Below are positions 34,601-46,630 of a stretch of DNA of 64,000 nt, one piece after another. The notes beneath the pieces are model-generated. The model had not been told where the DNA came from. It made no database searches and saw only the letters and a list, made by a program, of their open reading frames with translations. Source of the DNA: Macrostomum lignano (taxonomy: Eukaryota); NCBI GenBank assembly GCA_002269645.1, contig NIVC01002925.1:62001-126000 (forward strand), given 5' to 3'. Position 1 is the stretch's first letter, and the number at the start of each line of letters is the position of its first letter. The position numbers and the translations under genes were made by a program.

Positions 34601-37600
34601 CTCGATGCTTTATCTGATCAGCCAGTACGGCTAGCCGAGCGTGGGTTCAGCCGGGGGTTTCTGACTTGTGGATTACACGGCTAGCCATCAGCCGCGAGCT
34701 GCTTTATCGATTTAATAATGAATGTACAGATAGCCTCTCCTACTATTTGCCGAGGGCATCATGTACATTAGTGTGGCTGCCCTGATTACGCGGCGTAAAT
34801 GTACATTTGTTTATAATGAATTTACTGGTGTGTCTCATACAATGTACTCTAAGACTTCAAATTTCGTTCTTTTGGCTTACTGCGTACTGTACTGTACTGT
34901 TTGCTGCTTTCTGCTCACTTAAAATAATTAATAAAAGTGGACCGCGGGATTTCTAATCTGAAGTTTAGCCATAAATTTCCTATTTTCTCGGTCTTCTCAT
35001 CTCCTTACCTCATTTGCAAATGCCGAATTTCTTTTATCTAGTCTAAGTGGTGAAGATGGCAGCCTCAATCCAAAGTCCAAACCAAACTGCGGTGGCAATT
35101 TATTAGGGGCATTGCGAGTCTTGCGACCTAGGCTCATTATATTAATTACTATATGGTCGACCTTTAGAATGAAGCTGAGCAGAATGCGAGATTCGCTCCC
35201 GTCCCCACAGCGGTTAGTACGAGTATAATATTTAATTTTGTATTTAAGTTAACTTACTTCTTCAACTACGAACTTCCAACCAATGTGCTTCCACAACGGC
35301 CAACAAGATACTTTTCATTTTTTAAACTTAAAGCTGTAGCCTGCAGCCTGTTTCGATGCCAGAGTCAATTTCTTAATGCCTCGTATCACTTCAAATTCGC
35401 ATTTTCATCCATCTATCCATCATTGTCGCTGGTTGCAACTTGCAGTGCCTCGGGGGTGGGGGGTTGTTTAAGTCGCACTGGGCCTGGCTGGAATCCATCA
35501 TCATCATGACATGATATGAGAAGAGGAGAGCACTTAGTAGAATTGATAGTTGGCTGGCCATCGCTTCGATTAGACAGGCAGCATTTGATACAATTTAGCT
35601 AATAGAAATTTGGAGAGCAATTTTAGGCTAGGGCTACTATAGTGATGGAAGTTTAATATGATCAAATATTTGCTTTTAGGGGCAGAAAAATCTACAGTCC
35701 ATTACAGCCACCATTTCCTGTTGTTTGTAGCAATGGCAACCTTGGCAATCACAGGAATCAGACACATTTCTGGGGGATGCAGATGGAGGGTAAGGTTGCT
35801 TGGGACGCTTAAGGTCACCAAAGTGGAGGTCATTGTTGGCTTGTTGATAGGGACGCCAAGGTGACACATTTGTTGCTAGGGGTTGCCAAAGTTGCTAGGA
35901 AAATGCTGCTAGGGACGTTAAATTTTCTAGAGTTATGTTGCTAAGGACGCAATGGGAGCGTACACATGATCTCTAAGAACGCTAAAAGCTTAATTTGTAA
36001 TCATATCTATAAAGCAAAGCTTTCATTCATGTACATAATTTATTAAATACCGGTACGTAATACATAGGAAATTATAAACAATAAATCTCCAAATTCTCAT
36101 CCCCACAGGCTGCCGCTGTCGGCAGTTTCAAAGCGCCCGCACCAAAAAGTCGGGCGTGTTCAAATCTCCGAGGCACCCGCAGCCCTACCCGCTGCAGCTG
36201 CCCTGCCTGCTGTACGTTTTTGTTGCCGACGTGGGCGAGATCGTGCACCTCAGCTTCCAGGAGTTCTCGCTCAAGCCTAAGCGGCCGGGGAACTCAAGGT
36301 GAGTCAGCGGATGGGGAATGGAGTAGAATATCTGGAGTAGAATATCTGGGGTAGAATATCTGGAGTAGAATATCTGGGGTAGAATATCTGGGGTAGAATA
36401 TCTGGAGTAGAATATCTGGAGTAGAATATCTGGGGTAGAATATCTGGAGTAGAATATCTGGGGTAGAATATCTGGAGTAGAATATCTGGGGTAGAATATC
36501 TGGGGTAGAATATCTGGAGTAGAATATCTGGAGTAGAATATCTGGAGTAGAATATCTGGAGTAGAATATCTGGAGTAGAATATCTGGGGTAGAATATCTG
36601 GAGTAGAATATCTGGAGTAGAATATCTGGAGTAGAATATCTGGGGTAGAATATCTGGAGTAGAATATCTGGGGTAGAATATCTGGAGTAGAATATCTGGG
36701 GTAGAATATCTGGAGTAGAATATCTGGAGTAGAATATCTGGGGTAGAATATCTGGAGTAGAATATCTGGAGTAGAATATCTGGGGTAGAATATCTGGAGT
36801 AGAATATCTGGAGTAGAATATCTGGAGTAGAATATCTGGAGTAGAATATCTGGAGTAGAATATCTGGGGTAGAATATCTGGGGTAGAATATCTGGAGTAG
36901 AATATCTGGAGTAGAATATCTGGGGTAGAATATCTGGAGTAGAATATCTGGAGTAGAATATCTGGAGTAGAATATCTGGAGTAGAATATCTGGAGTAGAA
37001 TATCTGGGGTAGAATATCTGGAGTAGAATATCTGGAGTAGAATATCTGGAGTAGAATATCTGGAGTAGAATATCTGGGGTAGAATATCTGGGGTAGAATA
37101 TCTGGAGTAGAATATCTGGCTACACAACGAGCCCCAACAGAAACTGGGAACTCAGTTCGCACAGAGAATGCATAAAGGCAAGGTAGCCAGTTCCAAGACT
37201 TCAGGGCAGAGCCATACTAAGTGTATTTGTGCTCAAACCTAGTATTACTGCAGGCTGATCGCTCAGCCGAAAGCACCTGCCACCTCCCTGTGAGCAGTGG
37301 TGCAGTCCCTCGGGGCTGGTCAATGAGACCATGAGCTAGACTTTGGGTTAGCAAATATTTCTCTTATTGAATTTCAAGCAAACATCAAAACAATTGGGAT
37401 TGTCATGCATGGGATTTCTGAGCTGGTCTCGATGCAAAGTTAGAATGAATGAAAAACATTGTGTTAATGCGCTCGCAATGTTCGAAAAGCGACACAGTAG
37501 GAAGTTTCAAGTTTTTAGATCCCCTTGAACTGGGATCGGGACTATGCATTCGACTCTGAAACTCCTCCAGTCAACACCCCACCCTGTAATTAGCTTGGCC

Positions 37601-40600
37601 GCCCAGCTCGCTGTGATCAGCTCAGTGCAGCAAATCCCTAGCTGCCCTAGCAACCCGGGATCCGAGCTTTGAAGAGTTCAGTCCAACTTGCTTGCCGGAC
37701 TGGCGGCACAGCTCTTAAATTTGAAAAACTGCCCTGTCGTTTAAGTTCTTTGCTGGTTTCTTATCTGTTTTAGGTGTGGCTTAGGTGTGTTTTAGGTGTG
37801 GTTTAGGTGTGTTTTAGGTGTGTTTTAGGTGTGTTTTAGGTGTGGCTTAGGTGTGGTTTAGGTGTGTTTTAGGTGTGGTTTAGGTGTGTTTTAGGTGTGG
37901 TTTAGGTGTGTTTTAGGTGTGGCTTAGGTGTGTTTTAGGTGTGTTTTAGGTGTGGCTTAGGTGTGGTTTAGGTGTGTTTTAGGTGTGGCTTAGGTGTGGT
38001 TTAGGTGTGTTTTAGGTGTGGTTTAGGTGTGTTTTAGGTGTGGCCTAGGTGTGTTTTAGGTGTGTTTTAGGTGTGTTTTAGGTGTGGCTTAGGTGTGTTT
38101 TAGGTGTGGTTTAGGTGTGTTTTAGGTGTTTTTTAGGTGTGGTTTAGGTGTGTTTTAATAATGTTTTATTTAGTAATGTTTCAGGTGTGTTTTAGGTTTT
38201 AGGTGAGTTATGGTGACTTAGGGTTCTGAGTTGGTGACTCACAGTATGAACTCAGAAATCCAGGAACGAACATTCCCCAATTTTCGTGCTCAAACCGGCC
38301 GCAGGTGCGAGGACTTCGTCCGCCTCTTCCTCGACAGCCCTCGAGCCGAGCTCAGCCCCTCGGACCGGCCAAACTCCGAGCTCTGCGGCCATCGGCTGCC
38401 GCAGCGGAACTTCTACTCGTCCACCAGGATTCTCATGCTGGAGCTGCACACCGAATACCAGCCCGTGCGGCGCTACTCAGGGTTCAGGGGATCCTTCCAT
38501 TTCATCCCGGTTGGTGAGTCCCCTTCACTGCTCACACAGCCTCCCTGCTCACACAGCCTCCCTGCTCACACAGCCTCCCTGCTCACACAGCCTCCCTGCT
38601 CACACAGCCTCCCTGCTCACACAGCCTCCCTGCTCACACAGCCTCCCTGCTCACACAGCCTCCCTGCTCACACAGCCTCCCTGCTCACACAGCCTCCCTG
38701 CTCACACAGCCTCCCTGCTCACACAGCCTCCTTGCTCACACAGCCTCCCTGTTCACATAGCCTCCCTGCTCACACAGCCTCCTTGCTCACACAGCCTCCC
38801 TGCTCACACAGCCTCCCTGCTCACACAGCCTCCCTGCTCACACAGCCTCCCTGCTCATACAGCCTGAAAGACCGGCCTTCTGCTTAAATGTTTTGCAGTT
38901 TCTCTCCCCTATCTTGCCACAATTCGAATATACCGAGCAGCCCTGTCTCCGGGTCCTCACCGAATCTCCTAAAGCCATTTCCCGAATTTCAAGCGAGTAG
39001 TTTCTGAGACAAAAAATCAATGCTAATTAAAGGCCGTATGCAAAGTTGTCTGCAGCATGAAAAAGGCTTGGCAGTGAGATGCCCGGGGAGCATGCAGCCT
39101 CTTCATTAAAATATCCGGCATACCAGGAATTGAGTTCCGCGTCACTGCGGACTGCTCAATATTGCATCTGAGATTGACAGCCAAGCAGCACTGACACACA
39201 CTGTGTCCTCTCCCTCACCCGGCAGAGCAGCACTGACACACACTGTGTCCTCTCCCTCACCCGGCAGAGCAGCACTGACACACACTGTCCTCTCCCTCAC
39301 CCGGCAGAGCAGCACTGACACACACTGTGTCCTCTCCCTCACCCGGCAGAGCAGCACTGACACACGCTGTGTCCTCTCCCTCACCCGGCAGAGCAGCACT
39401 GACACACACTGTGTCCTCTCCCTCACCCGGCAGAGCAGCACTGACACACACTGTGTCCTCTCCCTCACCCGGCAGAGCAGCACTGACACACACACACACA
39501 CTGTGTCCTCTCCCTCACCCGGCAGATCAGTACAAGTCGGACGGTCAGCCGGTGCCCAACTCAGACTGCGACCAGCAGTTCCTGAGCAGCCAGCAGACGA
39601 AGTCTGGCCGGTTCTTCTCGCCCAGGCACCCGCAGAACTACCCGCCGGGCATCGCATGTACTTTCGTGTTCCGCGCGCTGCCAGGCGAGCGAATCCGTCT
39701 GGACCTTCAAGGCCTGAGCCTGGGCAGCGACACGGACGCCGACAACGGCACCGGCTGCCGACTCGCCGACCCTCCCAGCCAGGACCGAGTGCTCATCTTC
39801 GACTCCGACAAGGAAGACGCCAACCTGCTTGCCAGCTTCTCCACCCGCTGCGCCCCCGCCTCCCGGCAGCAGGTGGTGAGCCCGGCCGGCCTGCTCAAGC
39901 TCCGCTTTCGGGCCAACTCAGATGAGCACACCGGTTCTGGCTTTGCTGGTCGGTTCGCCTTTGTTGCCAGGCACATGCTGCAGCCCACCCAGCCTATGGA
40001 CAGGCTGGCTGCGGGAGCGGCGCTTGGAGAAGGTCAGAATTGAGGGAGTCATTGGTTGGGGATTTGGGGAAAGCCTGCCTAAGATGTCTTTTGAAGTTCC
40101 TGAGGATTCGGGAAGCGGGGCCTTCTGAAGTTCTTGAGAATTCGAGAAGGGGGACCTTGTGGAGTCCCTGAGGATTCGGGAAGCGGGGCCTTCTGAAGTT
40201 CTTGAGAATTCGAGAAGCAGGGCCTTCTGAAGTTCCTGAGGATTCGAGAAGCAGGGCCTTCTGAAGTTCCTGAGGATTCTAGAAGCGGGAACTTCTGAAG
40301 GACTTCGGGATTCGAGAAACAGGACCTTCTGAAGGACCTCAGGATTTGAGAAACGGGACCTTCTGAAGTTCGTGAGAATTCGAGAAGCGGGACCTTCTGA
40401 AGGACCTGAGGATTCGAGAAGGGGGACTTACTTGACTTAGCTGCAGGGTGGTCCGTAGACACAGCGGGGAGGCGAGGGTCGCCCATTCCGCTAGCCCCTG
40501 AAGGCCCGCAGACAGGCAGAGGCGTGGGGCCGGTCAGGGTGGTCCGCCGGTCCGTCCTGCAGCGTGATCTTCCGTTGGGAAGAAATTGGCTCGTCTAGTC

Positions 40601-43600
40601 GCCCGAAGGAACTGGATGAGCCGTGAGATACTGTCGGGCTGGCAGACCTCGTCAATGGACGGGTTCGGCCTGAGGTAGCGTAGCCGGTCTCTGGTAAAGA
40701 AAGGGCAGTGACAGACAAAGTGCTGAGCATCTTCATTGTCGCACTCGCAAAAGGGGCAAAGTTCGCTCTCGAGGTCGCCTCGGAGGAAGCAGTGCCTGGC
40801 GAGGTAGCCATGGCCGGTAAGGGTCATGACAAGGGCTCGGATATCCTTCCGATTCTGGTTCAGAAGGATGTTTCTGAGCCTGTGAGACGGGCAAGGAACC
40901 GCGGCACGAGATTGCCGGCAGTTTTGGGTGCCCGCCCATCTGTCCCTGTGGAGGGAGTCAGCCCAGTCGTCGATCTGACGATTGATGACTGTCAAGGGCA
41001 TAGGGACCAGGGGGGCAGGGCCGAAGAAAGAGCCAGAGCCGCCCCTCTTGGCGAGGGTGTCTGCCAGCTCGTTCCCCGGAAACCCTGCGTGCCCTGGGAT
41101 TCGAGAAGGGGGATCTTCTGAAGTTCCTGAGAATTCGAGAAGCGGGACCTTCTGAAGGACCTCGGGATTCGAGAAACGGGACCTTCTGAAGGACTTCGGG
41201 ATTCGAGAAGGGGGATCTTCTGAAGTTCCTGAGAATTCGAGAAGCGGGACCTTCTGAAGGACCTCGGGATTCGAGAAACGGGACCTTCTGAAGGACTTCG
41301 GGATTCGAGAAACGGGACCTTCTGAAGGACCTCAGGATTTGAGAAACGGGACCTTCTGAAGTTCCTGAGGATTCGAGAAACAGGACCTTGTGAAGGACCT
41401 CAGGATTCGAAAAAAACGGGAACTTCTGAAGGTCCTGCAGTCCCACCCACTCCAGCCCACCTGTCAATCTGAACTGCCCCAACCGCCGCGCCGCCCCCAG
41501 GCTACCCAACGAAACGGCCGCGGCAGTACTCGGAGCGCCAGCTGCAGTTCTTCAGCAGCAGCGGGAAGAAGGAGGGCGCGGTCACCAGCCCGGACTTTCC
41601 CAGCGCCTACCCGCCGCTCACTCGGGTCATCTACCGGTTCTTTGCCGAGCCTGAGGAGACCGTCTGCATCAGCTTCAGCAGCTTCAGCCTGGGCACCGGA
41701 ACTGGGTGAGCCGATGGAGCTCAAATCCACACATTTTTCAAATCCCAACTTTTTTCAGATCCCAAATTTTCTAAATCCCAAAAATCCTGATCCGACTTTT
41801 TTAGATCCGAAAATTTTCAGATCTTAAAATTTTTAAGATCCCTAATTTTTCAGATCCTTAATTGTTTTAATCCTGAATTTTTCAGATCCTAAAATTTTCC
41901 AGATCCCAAAATTTTCAGATTTGGGATTTGGGATTCAGATCCCGAATTCTTCAGATCCCAAATTTTCTAAATCCCAAAAATCCTGATCCGACTTTTTTAG
42001 ATCCGAAAATTTTCAGATCTTAAAATTTTTAAGATCCCTAATTTTTCAGATCCTTAATTGTTTTAATCCTGAATTTTTCAGATCCTAAAATTTTCCAGAT
42101 CCCAAAATTTTCAGATTTGGGATTTGGGATTCAGATCCCGAATTTTTCAGATCCTAAATTTTTCAAATCCCACAATTTTCAGATCCCAAAAATTTTCAGA
42201 TCCTAAATTTTTAAATCCCGAGTTTTTCTGTTCCTAAAATTTTCGAATCCTAAATTTTTCAGAACCCGAGTTTTTTAGATCCCAAGATTTTCAGATGCCG
42301 AAAAGTACAAGCATGTTTCTAGGAAACCAGCTCCGCCGCCACCCCGCCGACAGGACCTGCGGCCTGGACTTCGCCGGCGACCGCCTGCTGATCTTCGACG
42401 GGTACGGCGCCGACTTCAGCAACCGCGTGTCCGCCCGCTGCGGCAGCCGCTCCGTCGATGACTTCTGGTCGGAGGGCCGCTACCTGACACTCGAGTTCCG
42501 CTCCGACGGCGTCGTCGGCCCTGGCGAGCTCGGCTTTGCCGCCACCTACCGGTTCTTCCGCCGGTCCGCTGTGCCGCCGGAGCCGCCGCGGCCTTCGCCA
42601 GCGCCACCCGTCTCGGAGCCGCCCGCAGCCGACCGCGGCCGCCGCAGCCGTCGACCGCTGAAGCCTCCTCACCCGACTGTCCGGCAGAGCCGGTGGTCAT
42701 CCGGGGCTCCGCGCCGATGTCCGGGGTGGCTCGAACTCGCGACTTTCCTCTCGGCTATCGTCGCGGAGTTTGCACCTGGGACCTGCGGGCGGCCGGCGGC
42801 GAGCGGATCGTCGTCGAGCTGCGGCACGTCGACCTCGAGCCGGCGCCAGCGACCGGCGGCGCTCTGAGCGGCTCCGGCTGCAGCGCCAGGAGCTCCGCGG
42901 ACCGGGTTCTGGTTACAAAGTTCCTGAAGGAGCCCGGCAGGGAGCGGCAGGAGGCGGCGCCACCGCTGGCCTTCTGCCAGGTGAGCCGCGACCACCCGGT
43001 GCGCGTCATGAGCTCGAGTCTGGGCCGCCTGCTCGTCACTTTCAATGCCACGGCCGACTCGAGGACTCGCGGCGGTCTTGAGTTCGCCTACAGCTTCGTA
43101 CGGGGTGAGCTCGAGGGCCCGCGATTGGCTGGGAGGCCTGCGATTGACTGGGAGGCCTGCGATTGGCTGGGAGACCAGCGATTGGCTGGGAGGCCTGCGA
43201 TTGGCTGGGAGGCCTGCGATTGGCTGGGAGGCCTGCGATTGGCTGGGAGGCCTGCGATTGGCTGGGAGACCAGCGATTGGCTGGGAGGCCTGCGATTGGC
43301 TGGGAGGCCTGCGATTGGCTGGGAGATCAGCGATTGGCTGGGAGGCCTGCGATTGGCTGGGAGGCCTGCGATTGGCTGGGAGGCCTGCGATTGGCTGGGA
43401 GACCAGCGATTGGCTGGGAGGCCTGCGATTGGCTGGGAGGCTTGCAATTTGCTTGGAGGCCTGCGATTGGCTGGGAGGCCTGCGATTGGCTGGGAGGGAG
43501 GGATTGGTCCTTATACAGCTTACAAATACTTGTACCGCTTGCTCTTGAACCGCAGACTTCGGTGTGAGCGGCGAGTTCAAGGTGCAGAACCGCAGCGTGG

Positions 43601-46055
43601 GCTGCTACTTCGAGTTCCGCAGCTGGCAGAGCTCCACGGGCAGCTTCACCAGCCCCAACTACCCGCACGCCTACCCGGAGAGCCTGGCCTGCCACTACGT
43701 GTTCTTGGCCAGGCCTGAGGAGCGAATCAGGATTGAGTTCACCAACTATGACACCGAGTCCTCCCGGCTGTGAGTGCGGTTGGGAGATTCTGCCACCCTC
43801 CGAGGTTCTTGGTCACGATCCTAATTAAGTCTCTTTGTGTCTGTTTTTGTTACTCCTTCTTGGTTTCTGTCACTCCCTGTCGGTTTCTGTAACTCCCTGT
43901 CGGTTTCTGTCACTCCCTGTCGGTTTCTGTAACTCCCTGTCGGTTTCTGTCACTCCCTGTCGGTTTCTGTAACTCCCTGTCGGTTTCTGTAACTCCCTGT
44001 CGGTTTCTGTAACTCCCTGTCGGTTTCTGTAACTCCCTGTCGGTTTCTGTAACTCCCTGTCGGTTTCTGTAACTCCCTGTCGGTTTCTGTAACTCCCTGT
44101 CGGTTTCTGTAACTCCCTGTCGGTTTCTGTAACTCCCTGTCGGTTTCTGTAACTCCCTGTCGGTTTCTGTAACTCCCTGTCGGTTTCTGTAACTCCCCTG
44201 TCGGTTTCTGTAACTCCCTGTCGGTTTCTGTAACTCCCTGTCGGTTTCTGTAACTCCCTGTCGGTTTCTGTAACTCCCTGTCGGTTTCTGTAACTCCCTG
44301 TCGGTTTCTGTAACTCCCTGTCGGTTTCTGTAACTGCCAGCTACTCTCGGTCACTCCCAGTTGCTCTCAGTCACTCCCAGCTATTCTCAGTGACTCCCAG
44401 CTGCTCTCAGTCACTCCCAGCTGCTCTCAGTCACTCCAAGCTGCTCTCAGTCACTCCAAGCTGCTCTCAGTCACTCCAAGCTACTCTCAGTCACTCCAAG
44501 CTGCTCTCAGTCACTCCAAGCTACTCTCAGTCACTCCAAGCTGCTCTCAGTCACTCCAAGCTACTCTCGGTCTCTCCAAGCTGCTCTCAGTCACTCCAAG
44601 CTGCTCTCAGTCTCTCCAAGCTGCTCTCAGTCACTCCAAGCTACTCTCAGTCACTCCAAGCTGCTCTCAGTCACTCCAAGCTGCTCTCAGTCTCTCCAAG
44701 CTGCTCTCAGTCACTCCAAGCTGCTCTCAGTCTCTCCAAGCTGCTCTCAGTCACTCCAAGCTACTCTCAGTCACTCCAAGCTGCTCTCAGTCACTCCAAG
44801 CTGCTCTCAGTCTCTCCAAGCTGCTCTCAGTCACTCCAAGCTGCTCTCAGTCACTCCCAATAAAAAATCCCCCCGTCACACCAGCTGCTTGCCAGGCGAC
44901 AGTGACTACGTGCTGGTGGAGGAGTGCCACCGACCCAACTACAGGCTGCAGACGTTCTGCGGCAAGCCGGAGCCGGGCACCGCCTACTCGGTGACTCGGC
45001 GGACCTCCTGCCTGCGGCTCAGCTTCGTCAGCAACAGCCACTACTCCGCTGCGGGCTTCCACGCGAACTACTTCTTTGAGGGGCGAACCAGTGAGTGACC
45101 GGCATTCGCTCCTTAGCATGTGACGGGTGTCAGTGAGGGATGTGATGGGTCAGGGGGTGTCAGTGAAGGATGTGATGGGTCAGGGGGTGTCAGTGAGGAA
45201 TGTGATGGGTCAGGGGGTGTCAGTGAGGAATGTGATGGGTCAGGGGGTGTCAGTGAGGGATGTGATGGGTCAGGGGGTGTCAGTGAGGGATGTGATGGGT
45301 CAGGGGGTGTCAGTGAGGGATGTGATGGGTCAGGGGGTGTCAGTGAGGGGTGTGATGGGTCAGGGGGTGTCAGTGAGGGATGTGATGGATCAGGGGGTGT
45401 CAGTGAGGGGTGTGATGGATCAGGGGGTGTCAGTGAGGGGTGTGATGGGTCAGGGGGTGTCAGTGAGGGATGTGATGGGTCAGAGGGTGTCAGTGAGGGA
45501 TGTGATGGGTCAGGGGGTGTCAGTGAGGGATGTGATGGGTCAGGGGGTGTCAGTGAGGGATGTGATGGGTCAGGGGGTGTCAGTGAGGGATGTGATGGGT
45601 CAGGCAGGGGGTATCAGTGAGGGATGTGATGGGTCAGAGGGTGTCAGTGAGGGATGTGATGGGTCAGGCAGGGGGTATCAGTGAGGGATGTGATGGGTCA
45701 GAGGGTGTCAGTGAGGGATGTGATGGGTCAGGGGGTGTCAGTGAGGGATGTGATGGATCAGGGGGTGTCAGTGAGGGATGTGATGGGTCAGAGGGTGTCA
45801 GTGAGGGATGTGATGGGTCAGGGGGTGTCAGTGAGGGATGTGATGGGTCAGGGGGTGTCAGTGAGGGATGTGATGGGTCAGGGGTTTCAAGGGTGTCTTA
45901 GACTAGCTCTGTGATTCAATCACGAACCGTCCCGCCCCGAAGGTACAGGCGTACTTTTTTCCGGTCTCAACAATGGAGCTCCTCCGGCCGCCGAGTGCCC
46001 TTGGCTGAGCCGTCAGCTTGCTGCACCGCTGTTGCTGATGGCATGGCAACTCTGA
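31623..46055 (+). CDS. Secreted or GPI-type protein with five CUB domains, suppressor-of-lurcher (SOL-1)-like, about 824 aa; one frame break near 42630
   Basis: Exons: 31623-31701 (signal peptide MSAPCCWQRLLILCCTGLLLSQAVQQ), 36109-36298, 38305-38513, 39526-40032, 41501-41705, 42354-43104 (frame break inside), 43556-43769, 44885-45090, 45943-46055. All junctions are GT-AG and phase-compatible. CUB motifs: CRCRQF..GVFKSPRHPQPYP, CDQQF..GRFFSPRHPQNYP, GAVTSPDFPSAYP, CTWDL..ERIVVEL, GSFTSPNYPHAYP, and GF.A.Y ends. The C-terminus is hydrophobic. Confidence 0.82.
31878..32762. repeat. 40-41-bp minisatellite (tgctagtgattctagtaagctgtagtagcctaattaacata)
   Basis: About 21 tandem units in the first intron of the CUB gene. 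Confidence 0.95.
33110..33250. repeat. Three copies of a 42-bp unit (gattgctaatctagccaacatcactgatgaaggaatagaatg)
   Basis: Direct tandem triplication. Confidence 0.85.
36320..37118. repeat. 14-bp minisatellite (tggagtagaatatc / tggggtagaatatc)
   Basis: Direct tandem units starting about 20 nt after the donor at 36299. Confidence 0.96.
37770..38195. repeat. 10-11-bp ttaggtgtgg / ttaggtgtgtt minisatellite
   Basis: Direct tandem units. Confidence 0.93.
38525..38865. repeat. 17-bp minisatellite (cctccctgctcacacag)
   Basis: Direct tandem units just after the donor at 38514. Confidence 0.95.
39185..39525. repeat. 42-bp minisatellite whose last unit supplies the splice acceptor at 39525
   Basis: Units cagagcagcactgacacacactgtgtcctctccctcacccgg; the final cag is followed directly by the CUB2 exon. 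Confidence 0.93.
40085..41430. repeat. 34-bp minisatellite (ttctgaaggacctcaggattcgagaaacgggacc), interrupted by a LINE fragment
   Basis: Units at about 40085-40426 and 41097-41430. Confidence 0.92.
40427..41096 (-). mobile_element. 5'-truncated non-LTR retrotransposon (RNase H-bearing I/R1/LOA-group), 3' end of ORF2 plus 3' UTR
   Basis: The minus strand reads PGHAGFPGNELADTLAKRG (end of RNase H), then W..CRQ, LTGHGYL..H and CPFC...EDAQHFVCHCP (C-terminal zinc knuckle), a stop at 40534 and a taagtcaagtaagt tail. It is flanked by a 17-bp direct repeat ggattcgagaaggggga, a candidate TSD that is ambiguous inside an array. Confidence 0.88.
41735..42295. repeat. Degenerate gatcccaaaattttca-type repeat with an internal duplication of about 197 bp
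   Basis: Units of about 18-20 bp; the blocks starting near 41758 and 41955 are near-identical. Confidence 0.88.
43120..43500. repeat. 19-bp minisatellite (ggaggcctgcgattggctg)
   Basis: Direct tandem units filling intron 43105-43555. Confidence 0.95.
43865..44335. repeat. 20-bp minisatellite (ctccctgtcggtttctgtaa)
   Basis: Very homogeneous tandem units. Confidence 0.96.
44340..44857. repeat. 20-bp minisatellite (tcactccaagctgctctcag)
   Basis: Direct tandem units abutting the previous array. Confidence 0.96.
45122..45882. repeat. 30-bp minisatellite (gggtgtcagtgagggatgtgatgggtcagg)
   Basis: Direct tandem units filling the last CUB-gene intron. Confidence 0.96.
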
Positions 46056-46274
46056 TCTGAAACCCGCTGATCAGGGCGCACCAAATGCAACTGCAGAAGT
46101 TCATCTGTGCCATTCATTTGTGCATGCCTGACATTAATGTCAATTTCATGGGTCTCTTGTCTTCGAAATCAAATCAATTCCTGACATCGTTAACATGTTA
46201 AACTTGAAACTTCATAACACTGCGATCAATCCTAACATAGCTCTCATCGCAAATCTCACCATTAATCTTTTTGT

Positions 46275-46630
46275 TCCCATCTCTAATCTCATCATGAACC
46301 TCATTGATCCCATCTTAATCTCATCATGAACCTCATTGATCCCATCTCTAATCTCACTATTAATCTCATTGGTCCCATCTCTAATCTCATTGGTCCCATC
46401 TCTAATCTCATCATGAATCTCATTGATTCCATCTCCAATCTCACCATGAATCCCATTGATTCCATCTCCAATCTCACCATGAATCCCATTGATGCCATCT
46501 CTAATCTCATCATGAATCTCATTGATCCCATCTCTAATCTCACCATGAATCCCATTGATCCCATCTCCAATCTCACCATGAATCTCATTGATCCCATCTC
46601 TAATTTCATCGTGAATCTCATTGTTCCTAT
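46275..46630. repeat. About 33-bp minisatellite (atcccatctctaatctcaccatgaatctcattg)
   Basis: Degenerate direct tandem units. Confidence 0.9.

Noticed and set aside
34440-34900. Two same-orientation ggcttactgc..actgta motifs resembling Tc1 right ends
   Set aside because: No matching left end or TA-flanked pair was found, so no element can be delimited.
37770-38195. Telomeric repeat
   Set aside because: The units are 10-11-bp ttaggtgtg variants, not (TTAGGG)n or (TTAGG)n, and lie within an intron.
42693-43718. 341-aa ORF as a continuous exon
   Set aside because: It reads through intron 43105-43555 (19-bp array) and ends out of frame with the CUB5 exon; the spliced model restores the CUB motifs.
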